NCBI GenBank assembly: GCA_013239625.1
Contig: MU053085.1
Coordinates: forward strand, 1-64,000
Reading direction: 5' to 3'
DNA from: Lama guanicoe
Taxonomy: Eukaryota
DNA length: 64,000 nt
The notes under the pieces are model-generated. The model had not been told where the DNA came from. It ran no database searches and was given only the letters and a program-made list of their open reading frames with translations. Below are positions 62,130 through 64,000 of the stretch, in pieces. Both the position numbers and the translations under genes were made by a program. Numbering within the stretch: position 1 is the stretch's first letter; every line of letters begins with the position of its first letter.

Positions 62130-63150
62130 AATGCCAGTTCCTCACTTGCCAATCTTTCTTAAATCAACTCTTTTTCAAATCAGCAGCCTACATTCCCACT
62201 ATTCTTCTGAAATTGCTCTTTTCAAGGGCATCTATCACCTTCATGTTGCTTAAACCACTGGTCAATTTGTAGTCCTCATATTAGTTGATCTGAAAGCTAC
62301 ATTTGTCATTGATCATCCTTCTCCTTGAAACATACTTCATTGGTTTCCAGGACACACACTTGCCTGCTTCTTTCCTACTTCATTGGCTACTTCTTCTCTT
62401 TAGGCTGCTTTGCTGACTCCTCCTCATATTCCTAATCTCTTGACACTAGGGCCCCTCAGAGTCCAATCTTTTCTCTTCCCTAGCTACCCTCACTCCCTTG
62501 GTGGTTACTTCTGTTCTCAAAGTTTCTGCTTCTCACATCTCTCACCTCCTGAACCTCCCAGATGATACCCAGATTTACATTTCCATTATGGGTCATTCCA
62601 CTAACTCTAGGGTCATCTATTCGGATGCTTACCAACTGTCTCTTCAGTAAGTTCCTCAAATTTAACGTATTTGAATCTAAGCTCCTATTCTTTCTCTTTC
62701 CTAAGTTTGTTCATAGTTTTCTCCATCTCATTTAACAAACTTAACTTCTCATTTGCTCAGACCTCTCTCACACCCAACATTCAAGCCCCAAGGAAATCCT
62801 TCTGAACTCAGCTTCAGAATATTTGCCTGAGTACTCATCCCCATAGCCTTTGCCCTCATCAAAGCCGCCATCACTTGGGTCACTGAAAGAGCCTACTCAG
62901 TGGGCTCCAGGCTTTTATCCTTGCCCTCCTGCAAAGTAGTTATCCCTTTAAGATGTAAGACATCACATTCCTCTGATTAAAAATTCACAATGGCTTCCCA
63001 CCTCAGAGTAAAAACCAATGTTATTACACAAGCCGCCAAGGCCATTCATAATCTTCTACCTCCACCCTTTCACTCTGACCTCATCTTCTAATACTGCACT
63101 TCTCCGGACTCACAGACCTCCCCACTGCTCCTTGTTTAATAAGCAAGACA
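62130..63150. mobile_element. L2 LINE relic (others at ~41530-41800, 42650-43020, 51440-51800, 52400-52710 and 54470-54620)
   Basis: tgaaattgctcttttcaagggcatctatcaccttcatgttgcttaaaccactggtcaatt...ggtttccaggacacacact...gatgataccca match L2 motifs. Confidence 0.7.
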
Positions 63151-63159
63151 CTCCCTCAC

Positions 63160-63660
63160 TGTATTAATTTTCTACTGCAGCTGTAAAATATTATCACAAA
63201 ATTAGTGATTTAAAGCAACACAAATTTATTATCTTATATTTTTGTAGGTCACAAGTCTGACACAGGTCTCACTGGTCTAAAATTAAGATGTTGGGATGTC
63301 TGTGTTCTCTTCTGGAGGCTGTAGAGGCAAATCCATTTCCTTTCCTTTTCCAGCTTTTAGAGGTCACCCACATTCATTGGCTTTTGGTGCTTTTTCTCCA
63401 ACTTCAAACAAAAATGATTACATCTCTCTGATCCATCTTCCATAGTCGCATATCCCTGTGACCATAGCCGGGAAAGGTGCTTTGATTTTAAGAACCCAGT
63501 GTGGTTAAATTGGACCCACTTGGATAATCTCTTCATCTCAAGGTTGGTAACCTTATTAATATCTGCAAATTCCCTTTTGCTATGTAAGTGAAACACACTT
63601 AAGGTTCCAGGAATTAGGATGTGGATATCTTTGGGAGGAGGGCCATTATTTTACTTAGCA
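63160..63660. mobile_element. MLT1 (MaLR) solo LTR
   Basis: tgtatt...gctgtaaaatattatcacaaattagtgatttaaagcaacacaaatttattatctta...aggttccaggaattaggatgtggatatctttggg...gccattatt. Confidence 0.85.
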
Positions 63661-63742
63661 TGCTCATCTCTTTTAATATTTGCTCATAGATCACTTTTCC
63701 TATTTAGATCCACCACTACCACAGTATTCCTTCCCTTACATT

Positions 63743-64000
63743 ATACATATATTCATTGTTGCATTCTTTTTCACTGTGAGCTACCACAAAATCTTGTATA
63801 TATTTCCCTGTGCTGTACAGTATAATTTTATCTATTCTATATATACTTGTCAGTATCTACAAATTTTGAGTTCCAGTCTGTCACCTTGTTTCTTTTTAAT
63901 TTGGTATTTAGACATATTTTTTGGTAGACAAAATGATTATTATTTTTTTTACAATTTAAAAATGATTCTAGGTTTTAAATTCGAAAGGCTTTCTCTAACC
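63743..64000. repeat. Exact repeat of 61615-61872 (offset 2128)
   Basis: Identical by eye, including non-L1 flank, and runs to the window end. Confidence 0.9.

Overview
Mammalian genomic DNA from a draft assembly with five N-gaps. It is probably camelid: the young L1 3' ends look camelid and I saw no Alu, Bov-tA, PRE-1 or SINEC. Most ORFs in the track are spurious. The window has two halves. (1) About 2.5-35 kb is a mosaic segmental-duplication block. It holds an unprocessed, stop-disabled copy of the last exon and 3'UTR of KIAA0895/MATCAP2 (minus strand), then a ~9.2-kb unit present as about 2.3 diverged tandem copies, then a ~1.75-kb composite macrosatellite with internal ~160-bp subrepeats. 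Each unit carries a CpG-island promoter (NRF1-like, GC box, CCAAT, CDE/CHR) and a 33-bp G-quadruplex-type VNTR. The first unit also carries a spliced 4-exon ORF that the ORF track misses. Comparing the three copies of its last exon reconstructs a ~263-aa protein: an MFCC...RRLWPF N-terminus resembling multicopy 'RalGDS-like' genes, a Pro/Ala-rich disordered linker and a C-terminal hydrophobic tail. No copy here is fully intact. (2) About 35-64 kb is ordinary AT-rich DNA with L1, L2, MIR, MER3 and MLT relics, an internally deleted L1, two RFX X-boxes and a few unassigned candidate exons.
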